From Clostridia bacterium (GTDB lineage: Bacteria; Bacillota; Clostridia; JAAYHZ01), in contig JBMNIH010000009.1 of assembly GCA_050950825.1 (NCBI GenBank), forward strand, positions 64,001 through 128,000: a stretch of DNA of 64,000 nt, written 5' to 3'. Position numbers and translations under genes: made by a program. Below the pieces are notes generated by a model that did not search any database, was not told the DNA's origin, and saw nothing but the letters and a program-made list of their open reading frames with translations. This document shows, one piece after another, positions 1 to 9,704 of this stretch; the first letter of the stretch is position 1; the number at the start of each line of letters is the position of its first letter.

Positions 1-59
1 AGTTAGTACTAATATATAAATAAGTAAAAAGCCCGAGTGGAATAGTAGGGAGACGGTTT

Positions 60-968
60 ATGAGTTTGATGAGGAATAAGGACGGTTTAACGGAAAAGGA
101 GTTTTTGGAAAGATACGATCCGAGCAAGTTTGAGCGGCCTTCCGTTACGGTGGATATGCTGATTTTCACCGTTTTGAGCAAGGACGCGGAGGATAATCGG
201 CGGCTTCCGGATAAAGACTTGTATGTATTAATGATTAAAAGAAGAGATCATCCCTGTATCGGCCGATGGGCTTTGCCCGGAGGATTTGTGAATATGAACG
301 AAAACTTGGATGAAGCGGCCCAAAGGGAATTAAAGGAAGAAACCGGCATTGAGAACCTGTACATGGAGCAGCTTTATACCTTCGGCGATGTAAACAGGGA
401 TCCGAGGACCCGGATTATCAGTACCTCCTATATGACCTTGGTGGATTCCGAAACGTTAGGGAGTATTCGTGCCGGGGACGATGCGGCGGACGTTGCCTTA
501 TTTCGAGTCAAAACGGCTTTGGAGGGTGAAAAAAGTACGCTATTGCCGGATTGCAGGATCAAGGAGCAAGTATATACGCTGATCCTTGACAACAAACAGA
601 CGACATTAAAAGCGACTTTAAAGAAAACAATAACGAGAAAGGGGAAAGTCACCCGAACCGGCTGGGAGATTGTTGAAAACGACGGAATTGCTTTTGACCA
701 TGCTAAAATTATTCTCTACGGATTGGAAAGACTGAGAAACAAAATTGAATACACGGATATTGCGTTCAATCTGATGCCGGATTTGTTTACCTTGTCCGAG
801 CTGCAGCAGGTATATGAAGTCATACTGGGCAAGGAGCTTTCGAAGGCGAACTTCCGCAGGAAGATATCGAATTTTGTACTGAAAACCGGAAAATCCACCG
901 AAGACAAAGCCCATCGACCGTCCATGCTGTATCGCTTTAATCCGGATTGGACCGAAAGAGGATTTTAA
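60..968 (+). CDS. nrtR: NrtR-family regulator (Nudix + winged HTH)
   Basis: PSVTVD, WALPGGF, intact Nudix box GGFVNMNENLDEAAQRELKEETGI, AFDH, C-terminal FTLSELQQVYE..ANFRRK wHTH; heads NAD salvage genes; RBS upstream. Confidence 0.9.
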   Translation: MSLMRNKDGLTEKEFLERYDPSKFERPSVTVDMLIFTVLSKDAEDNRRLPDKDLYVLMIKRRDHPCIGRWALPGGFVNMNENLDEAAQRELKEETGIENLYMEQLYTFGDVNRDPRTRIISTSYMTLVDSETLGSIRAGDDAADVALFRVKTALEGEKSTLLPDCRIKEQVYTLILDNKQTTLKATLKKTITRKGKVTRTGWEIVENDGIAFDHAKIILYGLERLRNKIEYTDIAFNLMPDLFTLSELQQVYEVILGKELSKANFRRKISNFVLKTGKSTEDKAHRPSMLYRFNPDWTERGF

Positions 969-985
969 ACAGAGGAGGGATTTTC

Positions 986-1633
986 ATGAAAGGATTTGGA
1001 GAAAGAATACTTGCCGAAATTCAGGAACGGTTGAAGAATATGCCTGTTCTTTCTTTTGATGATTTCGACAAAGAAGATACCGCCTTGGTCATCGTAGACA
1101 TGGTAAACGGATTTGCCAAAGAAGGCTTGTTAAGCAGTCCGAGGATTCGAAGCATTATCGATCCCATTGCAGGCCTTTTGAAAAAGTTTAAAGAAAAGGA
1201 TATGACGGTCATCGCTTTTGCCGATGCCCATAAGCCGGATTCCATCGAGCTTACGAATTTTCCGGAGCACTGTATCGCAGGAACTTATGAAAGCGAAGTG
1301 GTGGAAGAGCTTCAAAGCATAGGCGGATATACGCTGTTTCCCAAAAACTCCGTTAACGGATTTTTGGAGGATGCATTTTTGGAATGGTACGGGCGCCATG
1401 ACCGGATTAAAAACTGGATTGTAACCGGAGATTGTACGGATATTTGTATTCTGAATTTCGCTTTGACCTTAAAAAACGACCGAAATCGTAGAAACAAGGA
1501 ATCCCGAGTAATCGTTCCTTTATCCATGGTTGAGACCTATGACGGGGAAGGACATAATGCGGAATTTATGAATTTATCGGCCGCTGCCATTATGCTCAAC
1601 CAGGGAATCGAAATCGTTAAAAATATCGAATAA
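986..1633 (+). CDS. pncA: Isochorismatase-family cysteine hydrolase, probable nicotinamidase
   Basis: VDMVNGF, PEHC, KNS, GDCTDIC (D-K-C triad); GGAGG RBS before ATG 986; lies between nrtR and pncB. Confidence 0.8.
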   Translation: MKGFGERILAEIQERLKNMPVLSFDDFDKEDTALVIVDMVNGFAKEGLLSSPRIRSIIDPIAGLLKKFKEKDMTVIAFADAHKPDSIELTNFPEHCIAGTYESEVVEELQSIGGYTLFPKNSVNGFLEDAFLEWYGRHDRIKNWIVTGDCTDICILNFALTLKNDRNRRNKESRVIVPLSMVETYDGEGHNAEFMNLSAAAIMLNQGIEIVKNIE

Positions 1634-1680
1634 CATAAAAATTAAAATATATCACGGGAAACCGGGGAGGTTTTTTATCA

Positions 1681-3144
1681 ATGACAGAAACGAATCGTTG
1701 GACACAAAAGAGAAATTTGACCATGTTAACGGATTTTTACGAGTTAACCATGGCAAACGGATACCTGAAACACGGAATGCAGGATAAAATCGCATATTTC
1801 GATATGTTCTTCCGAAAAATACCGGATGACGGCGGATACGCCATCATGGCCGGTTTGGAACAAATGATTGAATATTTAAATGACTTGGTTTTTACCGAAC
1901 GTGACATTGCCTATTTAAAAAGCAAAAAGATTTTTTCTGATGAATTCTTAGACTACTTAAAAAATTTTAAATTTTCATGCGACGTATGGGCGGTTCCCGA
2001 AGGTACACCGATTTTTCCGGGTGAACCCATCGTTAAAGTTCGAGGACCCGTCATTGAAGCCCAGTTTGTGGAAACCATGATTTTACTTACCATCAACCAC
2101 CAGAGCTTGATTGCCACGAAAGCCAATCGAATCGTTTCGGCGGCACAAGGCAGAGCGGTGATGGAGTTCGGATCTCGAAGAGCCCAAGGGTACGACGGTG
2201 CCGTTATCGGCGCTCGAGCGGCATACATCGGAGGGTGTATAGGAACCGCATGCACCATGACCGATCGGGACTACAATATTCCCGCATTAGGTACCATGGC
2301 TCATTCTTGGATCCAGATGTTTCCCACCGAGTTGGAGGCCTTTAAAGCATATGCCAAAACGTATCCCCGGGGATGTACGCTGCTGGTAGATACCTACGAC
2401 GTTCTAAGAAGCGGTGTTCCCAATGCCATAAGAACCTTTAATGAAGTCCTTCTTCCTTTAGGGTACCGTCCGGCCGCCATACGGCTTGACAGCGGCGATA
2501 TTGCGTATCTGTCCAAAGCGGCTCGAAAAATGCTGGACGAAGCGGGATTTCCGGATTGCAAGATCGTAGCGTCAAATTCCTTGGATGAGTTCCGTATTCG
2601 TGACCTTTTACTGCAAAACGCACAAATCGATTTATTCGGAGTAGGAGAACGCTTAATCACCGCCGCATCGGAACCGGTCTTCGGAGGCGTTTACAAGCTG
2701 TCCGCGGTTGTGGAGAACGGAAAAATCATACCGAAGATTAAGATCAGTGAAAACCCCGGCAAGATCACCAATCCCGGAGCCAAGGAGGTATACCGCCTGT
2801 ATGACCGAGACAGCGGTATCGCTCTTGCCGACGTCATCACTTTAGAGGATGAAATCATCGACGATACGAAGCCTTATGAAATTTTCGATCCGGTTCATAC
2901 TTGGAAGCGGAAAACCCTTACGAATTTTAAAGCATCGAAACTGTTGGTTCCCGTGTTTAAAAAAGGCGTCTGTGTATACCAAAGCCCGAACATACAAGAA
3001 ATTCGAGAGTACTGCAAGCGGCAGGTCAACACGTTGTGGGAAGAAGTTCGAAGATTCGAAGATCCCCATGAGTATTATGTGGACTTGTCACAACCCTTGT
3101 GGGATATGAAAGACCAACTGATTCGCCGGCATTCAAGACCTTGA
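1681..3144 (+). CDS. pncB: Nicotinate phosphoribosyltransferase
   Basis: LTDFYELTM, EFGSRRAQG, GTMAHSW, LVDTYD, RLDSGD motifs. Confidence 0.95.
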   Translation: MTETNRWTQKRNLTMLTDFYELTMANGYLKHGMQDKIAYFDMFFRKIPDDGGYAIMAGLEQMIEYLNDLVFTERDIAYLKSKKIFSDEFLDYLKNFKFSCDVWAVPEGTPIFPGEPIVKVRGPVIEAQFVETMILLTINHQSLIATKANRIVSAAQGRAVMEFGSRRAQGYDGAVIGARAAYIGGCIGTACTMTDRDYNIPALGTMAHSWIQMFPTELEAFKAYAKTYPRGCTLLVDTYDVLRSGVPNAIRTFNEVLLPLGYRPAAIRLDSGDIAYLSKAARKMLDEAGFPDCKIVASNSLDEFRIRDLLLQNAQIDLFGVGERLITAASEPVFGGVYKLSAVVENGKIIPKIKISENPGKITNPGAKEVYRLYDRDSGIALADVITLEDEIIDDTKPYEIFDPVHTWKRKTLTNFKASKLLVPVFKKGVCVYQSPNIQEIREYCKRQVNTLWEEVRRFEDPHEYYVDLSQPLWDMKDQLIRRHSRP

Positions 3145-3154
3145 TAAAACCGTA

Positions 3155-3183
3155 TTGAACCTCCAAATCCTTTATGCTACACT
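3155..3183 (+). promoter_or_regulatory. Sigma-A-like promoter of the GH1-GH13-permease cassette
   Basis: TTGAAC-N17-TACACT with extended TG. Confidence 0.5.
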
Positions 3184-3224
3184 TTATTTATGGATATGGC
3201 GAAAAATTCCGGTTTGGGGGATGA

Positions 3225-4553
3225 ATGGATATGATCGGTTTTCGTATAAAGCCCGAGATGAAATTAGGGGTAGCCGTATCGGCTACCCAAATCGAGGGCG
3301 GTGATCGGAACAACAGCTGGTACGATTGGTATCGGAAAGGGAAAATCAAAGACAACTCGAGTCCGGAAAGGGCCAATCGGCATTACGAGCTTTTTCGTGA
3401 AGACACGGATTTATTAAAAGAAACTTTAATCCAAACCTACCGGTTCGGCATCGAATGGAGCCGAATCGAGCCGAAGCCGGGTGAATTCCGACAAGACGTT
3501 TTGAATCGATATCGTGAAGAGATTTCTTTATTAACGGAAGCGGGTATTCTTCCGCTTTTGACTTTGCATCACTTTACCAATCCTTTATGGTTCGAAGAAA
3601 TGGGCGGCTTTGAGAACCCGGATTCGGTACCGATTTTCTTACGGTTTACGGAAAAAGTCGTCTCTTCTTTCGGTGACTTGGTCAGCGAATACATAACCGT
3701 CAATGAACCGAACGTGTATAGCGTAGGCGGATTCTTTTTCGGCAATTGGCCCCCCGGAAAAAAGTCCTTTCGATCGGTTTTAAAAGTATACCGTCATTTG
3801 ACGGAATGCCATGTTAAAGCCTACGAGCTTATCCACAACATACGAAAAAACAAAGGTTATCACGATACCAAAGTCGGTTTTGCCCACCATATGCGTGTAT
3901 TTGAACCGAAAAATCCGAACAATCCTCTTCATCGGTTGTATGCAAATTGTAGCGAATATCTTTTTCAAGACGTCATTTGCAAAGCTTTTATGACCGGCGT
4001 GTGCGAGTTTCCCTTAAAAAAACCGAAGGATATCAAACCCGGTAAGTATTACGACTTTATCGGTTTGAATTACTACAGCCGAAGCACCGTGTCACGCTTC
4101 GGAGACGGTGTTAAAGGTAATGTACCCGTTAACGATTTGGGTTGGGAAATCTATCCCCAAGGTATCTTGGAATGTGCAAAAAAATTGTATAATCAATATT
4201 CGGCACCCGTTTACATAACCGAGAACGGAACCTGTGACAACGAGGACAAGTTCCGCTCTCGGTTTATTTATGAGCATTTAAAGGTTCTTTGCGAAAGCAA
4301 TCTTCCCGTACATCGATATTACCACTGGTGTTTTCTTGACAACTTCGAATGGCTGGAAGGTGAGAGTGCACGTTTCGGCATTGTTCATGTGGATTTTGAA
4401 ACCCAAAAGCGTACCGTGAAAAAAAGCGGATATTTTTACAGGGAAATTATCCGAAACGGCGGTGTCAGCGAGGAAATGGCACGAGAATGCTTGAACGAAG
4501 AATACAAAATCAACGATCCGAAAGAAAAGATAATAGGCGGAGCATGGTCATGA
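3225..4553 (+). CDS. Glycoside hydrolase family 1 (beta-glucosidase/beta-galactosidase)
   Basis: ATQIEG, YRFGIEWSRIEP, TLHHF, NEP acid/base, ITENG nucleophile, DNFEW. Confidence 0.92.
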   Translation: MDMIGFRIKPEMKLGVAVSATQIEGGDRNNSWYDWYRKGKIKDNSSPERANRHYELFREDTDLLKETLIQTYRFGIEWSRIEPKPGEFRQDVLNRYREEISLLTEAGILPLLTLHHFTNPLWFEEMGGFENPDSVPIFLRFTEKVVSSFGDLVSEYITVNEPNVYSVGGFFFGNWPPGKKSFRSVLKVYRHLTECHVKAYELIHNIRKNKGYHDTKVGFAHHMRVFEPKNPNNPLHRLYANCSEYLFQDVICKAFMTGVCEFPLKKPKDIKPGKYYDFIGLNYYSRSTVSRFGDGVKGNVPVNDLGWEIYPQGILECAKKLYNQYSAPVYITENGTCDNEDKFRSRFIYEHLKVLCESNLPVHRYYHWCFLDNFEWLEGESARFGIVHVDFETQKRTVKKSGYFYREIIRNGGVSEEMARECLNEEYKINDPKEKIIGGAWS

Positions 4554-6172
4554 CGAATTTGTGGTGGCAAGACGCCGTCGTTTATCAAATCTATCCGAAA
4601 AGCTTTAAGGACTCGAATAACGACGGCATCGGAGACATAAAAGGAATCATATCGAAGCCGGACTACTTGAAAGACCTGGGAGTCGATGTTTTATGGCTGT
4701 GCCCCGTATATCGATCTCCGGAAGTCGATAACGGATACGACATCAGCGATTACTTGGACATCAATCCGAAATTCGGTACCATGGAAGATATGGACCGTTT
4801 GATTCGACAAGCCGATCAACGAGGCATGAAAATTATCATGGATTTGGTGATCAACCACACTTCGGATAGGCACCCGTGGTTTTTAGAAAGCAAAGACAAA
4901 ACCGGTCCTTACCGTAATTATTACTATTGGAGGGAAGACGACGGCAAGGGCACCCCGAGCAATTGGACCGGATTTTTCGGCGGAAAAACCCGGAGCAAGG
5001 ATCCGGATACCGGCGATTGGTATTTGCACCTGTTTTCCAAAGAGCAACCGGACTTGAATTGGCACCATCCTGCCGTCATGGAAGAAATCAAGTCCGTAAT
5101 GAAATTTTGGCCGGACAAAGGTATTGCCGGTTTTCGATATGACGTGATCAATGTCATTTGGAAGGATTCCTTGGAAAACGGAAGATTTAAGCTTATCTTG
5201 AAAGGAAGTGAACACTATTTATCTCGGCCGGGAAGCCATGAGATTTTAAAAGCTCTTCGGAAAGACGTACTGAGCCGTTACGATTGCTTTACCGTGGGGG
5301 AGACGGTGTTCATAACCCCCGAAGAAGCAAGAAAATATACATTGCCAGAAAAAAAAGAACCGGATATGATTTTTTACTTCGAGCATATGGAAACGGACCA
5401 AATCCTCGTAAAATGGTTCAAAAGAAAATTCCGTCCCGAAAGATTATTTAAAACGCTGATCAAATGGCAAAAGGAACTGCCGTGGAACGCCAACTACTTG
5501 GAAAATCACGACCGGCCTCGGTCGGTTTCCCGTTTTGGCAATGTCGAAAAATATTGGAGGGAAAGCGCCAAAATGCCGGGCATGCTTCTTATGACTCTTC
5601 GAGGTACCCCCTTTTTATACCAAGGACAAGAATTGGGTATGACCGGGTTCGTTTTTCATTCCATGGAGGATATCAAAGACGTAGAATCCATTCAAATCGA
5701 AGCCTTGGCGAAAAAGCTGCTCATCCCCGAAAAGCTCCGTAAAAAAATCATTTTTTCCACAAGCCGAGACCATGCCCGTACGCCTTTTCAATGGTCCGAC
5801 CAAAAGCATGCCGGTTTTTCCGAAAGCACGCCGTGGATAAAGGTTAACCGTAATTACGTTCGTATCAACCAAGAAAATCAGAGCAAAGACCCGGACTCCG
5901 TTTTGGCTTTTTATAAACGTCTCATCGCTTTTCGTAAAAAATCCACCGCTTTAAAAGAAGGGTCTTTTACGCCCCTGTATTATGACAAAAAGACATTCAT
6001 ATATGAACGAAATCATGAACAAGAATCTTTGCTTGTATTGCTTAATTTCAGCGATAAACCGAGCAAAGTGAAATATGCGGGAGAATGTTTGCTGTCCAAT
6101 TACAACCGTAAAACCTTTGACGGGATGTTACATCCTTGGGAAGGAATTCTATTGTCAACTACTCCTCGGTAG
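4550..6172 (+). CDS. GH13 oligo-1,6-/alpha-glucosidase, probably degenerating in frame
   Basis: YQIYPKSFKDSN, NGYDISDY, QPDLNW, FRYDVIN, VGE, NHD; ATGA overlap with GH1 stop; several conserved L/W/Q replaced by P/R (see findings). Confidence 0.88.
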   Translation: MTNLWWQDAVVYQIYPKSFKDSNNDGIGDIKGIISKPDYLKDLGVDVLWLCPVYRSPEVDNGYDISDYLDINPKFGTMEDMDRLIRQADQRGMKIIMDLVINHTSDRHPWFLESKDKTGPYRNYYYWREDDGKGTPSNWTGFFGGKTRSKDPDTGDWYLHLFSKEQPDLNWHHPAVMEEIKSVMKFWPDKGIAGFRYDVINVIWKDSLENGRFKLILKGSEHYLSRPGSHEILKALRKDVLSRYDCFTVGETVFITPEEARKYTLPEKKEPDMIFYFEHMETDQILVKWFKRKFRPERLFKTLIKWQKELPWNANYLENHDRPRSVSRFGNVEKYWRESAKMPGMLLMTLRGTPFLYQGQELGMTGFVFHSMEDIKDVESIQIEALAKKLLIPEKLRKKIIFSTSRDHARTPFQWSDQKHAGFSESTPWIKVNRNYVRINQENQSKDPDSVLAFYKRLIAFRKKSTALKEGSFTPLYYDKKTFIYERNHEQESLLVLLNFSDKPSKVKYAGECLLSNYNRKTFDGMLHPWEGILLSTTPR

Positions 6173-6186
6173 TGGAAAGGATCTTT

Positions 6187-7572
6187 ATGGAGAATGAAAA
6201 TTTGACACGAAACAAATATTGCTTCGGATTAGGAACGGTAGGAAGGGATATGCTGTACACGTTGGTCAGCATGTATCTGTTGTTTTATCTTACGGACATA
6301 TTGAATCTGCCGGATTCTACCATGTGGTGGATGACTGCCGTTCTTACGGTCTTGAGAGTTTTTGATGCCGTAAACGATCCCTTTATGGGCGTTTTGGTGG
6401 ACAATACCAAGTCACGCTACGGAAAGTTCAAGCCTTGGATTGCCGTAGGTGCCGTTTTGGCCGGTGTATTTACGGTACTGATGTTTACCGATACGGGAAT
6501 GACCGGCTCTTCCTATATCGTCTTTTTCACCTTCGTTTACTTGACCTGGGATATCGTATACGGTGCCAACGATATCGCTTATTGGTCCATGCTGCCTTCT
6601 TTGACCATCGATTTGAGAGAGCGGGAAAAAATCGGGTCTTTCGCGAAAATATGCGCCAATGTGGGTATGTATATCGTCGTTGTGGCCATTATTCCGGTTA
6701 CGGAAATCTTAAGCCGTTTGACCGGCAGCGCCGTTCAAGGATGGTTTGTTTTCTCGTTGATCGTTGCCGGGTTGCTTTTGCTGTTTCAAAGCTTTACCGT
6801 GTTCGGCGTAAAAGAGATGAAAGGGACATTCAAAGAAGAAGAAAAGACGACTTTACGGGAAATGTTTTCGGTCATCTTTAAAAACGACCAATTGATGGTA
6901 ACCGCCGTAGCCATGGCCTTGTTCATGATCGGATACTGCACGACTACAAGCTTCGGGGTCTACTTTTTCAAGTATGGGTATAAGGATGAATCCATGTATT
7001 CCGTGTTTGCCGGGGTATTGGGCGTATCGCAAATCACCGCATTATCTTTATTCCCCGTCTTCGCCAAAAGGTATAACCGAAAACGGTTGTACACTTTTGC
7101 AACCGCTATGGTTGCGGCAGGCTATATCGTATTTTTCTTTGCTCCGATGAAAATGATCCCCATCGGAATTGCGGGTATTTTGGTGTTTATCGGGGAAGCC
7201 TTCATCTCCATTCTCATGCTGATGTTCTTAACGGATACCATTGAGTACGGCCAATGGAAGTTTCGGAAAAGAAACGAAAGCATCACTTTTTCCATCCAAC
7301 CGTTTATAAATAAAATAGGGGGTGCGATCGCCAACGGGATCGTCGGGATTACGGTGATCATTGCAGGAATCAATAGAGCAGAAACTCCCGAGGACGTAAC
7401 CTCGGAAGGGCTCTTAATCATGAAGCTTGCCATGTTGGTGCTTCCGCTTATTTTTATCGCCGTAGGATATTTCATTTACTTATCTAAATTCAAAATAGAT
7501 GACCGGCTTTTCGAGCAAATCGTAGCCGAATTGAAGCAAAGAGGAGATATTCGCAAGCCCTATTCGGAATAA
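6187..7572 (+). CDS. GPH-family (MelB-like) glycoside:cation symporter, MFS
   Basis: RVFDAVNDPFMG..VDNTKSRYGKFKPW, DTIEYGQWK, about 12 hydrophobic segments. Confidence 0.9.
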   Translation: MENENLTRNKYCFGLGTVGRDMLYTLVSMYLLFYLTDILNLPDSTMWWMTAVLTVLRVFDAVNDPFMGVLVDNTKSRYGKFKPWIAVGAVLAGVFTVLMFTDTGMTGSSYIVFFTFVYLTWDIVYGANDIAYWSMLPSLTIDLREREKIGSFAKICANVGMYIVVVAIIPVTEILSRLTGSAVQGWFVFSLIVAGLLLLFQSFTVFGVKEMKGTFKEEEKTTLREMFSVIFKNDQLMVTAVAMALFMIGYCTTTSFGVYFFKYGYKDESMYSVFAGVLGVSQITALSLFPVFAKRYNRKRLYTFATAMVAAGYIVFFFAPMKMIPIGIAGILVFIGEAFISILMLMFLTDTIEYGQWKFRKRNESITFSIQPFINKIGGAIANGIVGITVIIAGINRAETPEDVTSEGLLIMKLAMLVLPLIFIAVGYFIYLSKFKIDDRLFEQIVAELKQRGDIRKPYSE

Positions 7573-7598
7573 CTAAAAGACGACCTTTTGCTCGGGTG

Positions 7599-7650
7599 TT
7601 GTACTTTCTCGGGATATCGGATAAAATGATACGTGAACCGTTACGGTAAA
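7599..7650 (+). promoter_or_regulatory. Sigma-A-like promoter and possible operator upstream of the tandem GH-like genes
   Basis: TTGTAC-N17-TAAAAT followed by the short dyad ACCG-TTA-CGGT. Confidence 0.4.
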
Positions 7651-7675
7651 AAACCTATGCAGAGAGGAAATCATT

Positions 7676-9688
7676 ATGGGAGACAGACAAGCACCTTATC
7701 GTTACTTCAAGCCTCGCAAAATGGCAAGCTGGGTAACGGAGCTGGAAGACATCTTATGGCCTGCCAATAACATTGTAGAAAAAATCAAAAAAAGAGCGAA
7801 AAGCTTTGCGGATGCAGGCATCGATACGGCCATAAATTTCGGTTTCCATCTACGATTTGATTTTTCCGACTATTTCGAAATGCTCCACGGATATTTTAAA
7901 AACGTATGCGACGAATTGCATAAATACGGAATCAAGTTCATGGACCATTACAGCTGCAATCTGGTGGAAAGACCTCGAACCAAAGAGGATCTGTATTTTT
8001 TGCATAACGCCCACAAACACCACGTGCTTTTGCATAAGGACAGCAAAGCCGCCGAGTTTGCCCGGTACGAAGGCTATCGTTTTCAAGACCTGTGTGAAAA
8101 GCGCGTTGATGACGGCACGAGAGGCTACAGTTGGAATTACCAAGCGGAAATGTTTTGCCACAACAATCCCGATTTTTTGGATATGCATAAAAAGTATTTG
8201 CAGCGTTTATTGGAAGAAGTACCGATCGACGGATTGGAAATTGACGATATGTGCGATTACGGTTCCTTTTCCACCTGTGCTTGCGAATACTGTAAAGAAC
8301 GCTTCCGAAAAGAATTCGGGAGGGAATTGCCGCCATTCGAAGACAAGGATTTTTGGGGCAATACCGACGGGCATCCGACGACTTGGGGAAATTACGACAA
8401 CCCCGCCTTCCGCGATTGGGTTATGTTAAAAGCCAATTCCGCTCGCGATCATATTAAGATGGTAAAAAGTATAATCGGCGATCGCCCGCTTATGACCTGC
8501 TGTTCCGCAACGGGACCCATGGTTTTAAACGGATTGGGGTTGAATTTGGAGCGGTTCATGGACAACCTGGACCTTCTCATGCTTGAAAACTGCGGTATGG
8601 GCGTTAACACCGTGATTTGGGATCGGATTGAAGCGGAAGCCTTGATGCAGAAAAACATCGCCCTGAACATGGGCAATGCCCCCGCTTTGGCGTTAAGCTA
8701 TTCCGTATACGATACCGGTGCTTACATGGGTTGGGCTTTCGCAAGATTCTGGGGAGTATCCAACTGGGCAAGCACCTTGGAAGGACGCCTAAGCCACGAT
8801 CCGGGCGACTTTAAAGAAATTCACGAACTGATCGGGCCATGCAATAACTGGGAGGATCGATACAGCCCGTTGGATCCTTGTGAAGGCGAGGATGTTTACG
8901 AAGTGCGATTGGTAAACTCTCTGCTTAACCGTGAAAACGGGCATCGGGACGAACAAGGATACGACCATTGGACCAAATCCTCCTCTTGGTCGAAAGCTCT
9001 GCTCCGCTGCAATGTAGGATACCGCTTTGTACGGTTCACGGAGCTATCCGACAAAGACCGCTTATTAAGCGAAGATACGCCCTTGATTATCGATAACTGC
9101 GGTGTCGTATCGGATGAGCAGTTCGAAGCCATTAAAGCTTATCTTGAAAAAGGGGGAAAAGCCGTTATCGTTCCGCCTTTCGGTACAAAGGATGCCAAAG
9201 GCTTTAGAAGAGAAAAACCCTTGTTCGAGCTTTTGGAAAAAGGAAATTACCCCGGTTTGGTGATCTTGGAAAACGATTTGGCCGACGAAGCAATCGTTAA
9301 AAAGCTTATGGAAAGCAATGTAATCCGTCCTCGCATCCGCCAATTGGAGGGAGACGATACATGGGCGGTAAAGATAAGAAAGCATAAAGGTCGTTTGGTC
9401 ATGCACATTTTGAATCGTGCCATCGAAGGGATCCCTCATCCGGATTTGACTTCGCCCTACGGGGGAGGCCGAATTCTTCTGGATATTAAGAATACGAACA
9501 AACAAGAGGTTTTGTCGTATGCGGTCAAAACGGACCGAATGGAAGGACCGTGGGAAAATTTGTATTTTATGAGCCCCGAAACGGGATCCGTGAAAAGGGA
9601 AGTTGCGGCAGAGCAAATATCCGATGACGAAGTAAAAATAACTTTTAGTATAAAAGACATTAGGCTTTACGGAATCGTATCGCAATAA
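7676..9688 (+). CDS. Putative cytoplasmic glycoside-hydrolase-like protein (GH42/GHL6-like architecture), copy A
   Basis: FCHNNP, DGLEIDDM, CxCxxC-x3-F metal motif, WxxW, C-terminal LIIDNCGVVSD..YLEKGG resembling the beta-galactosidase trimerisation domain; no signal peptide; family not confidently assignable. Confidence 0.6.
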   Translation: MGDRQAPYRYFKPRKMASWVTELEDILWPANNIVEKIKKRAKSFADAGIDTAINFGFHLRFDFSDYFEMLHGYFKNVCDELHKYGIKFMDHYSCNLVERPRTKEDLYFLHNAHKHHVLLHKDSKAAEFARYEGYRFQDLCEKRVDDGTRGYSWNYQAEMFCHNNPDFLDMHKKYLQRLLEEVPIDGLEIDDMCDYGSFSTCACEYCKERFRKEFGRELPPFEDKDFWGNTDGHPTTWGNYDNPAFRDWVMLKANSARDHIKMVKSIIGDRPLMTCCSATGPMVLNGLGLNLERFMDNLDLLMLENCGMGVNTVIWDRIEAEALMQKNIALNMGNAPALALSYSVYDTGAYMGWAFARFWGVSNWASTLEGRLSHDPGDFKEIHELIGPCNNWEDRYSPLDPCEGEDVYEVRLVNSLLNRENGHRDEQGYDHWTKSSSWSKALLRCNVGYRFVRFTELSDKDRLLSEDTPLIIDNCGVVSDEQFEAIKAYLEKGGKAVIVPPFGTKDAKGFRREKPLFELLEKGNYPGLVILENDLADEAIVKKLMESNVIRPRIRQLEGDDTWAVKIRKHKGRLVMHILNRAIEGIPHPDLTSPYGGGRILLDIKNTNKQEVLSYAVKTDRMEGPWENLYFMSPETGSVKREVAAEQISDDEVKITFSIKDIRLYGIVSQ

Positions 9689-9704
9689 AGAAAAGAGGTT
9701 TATT

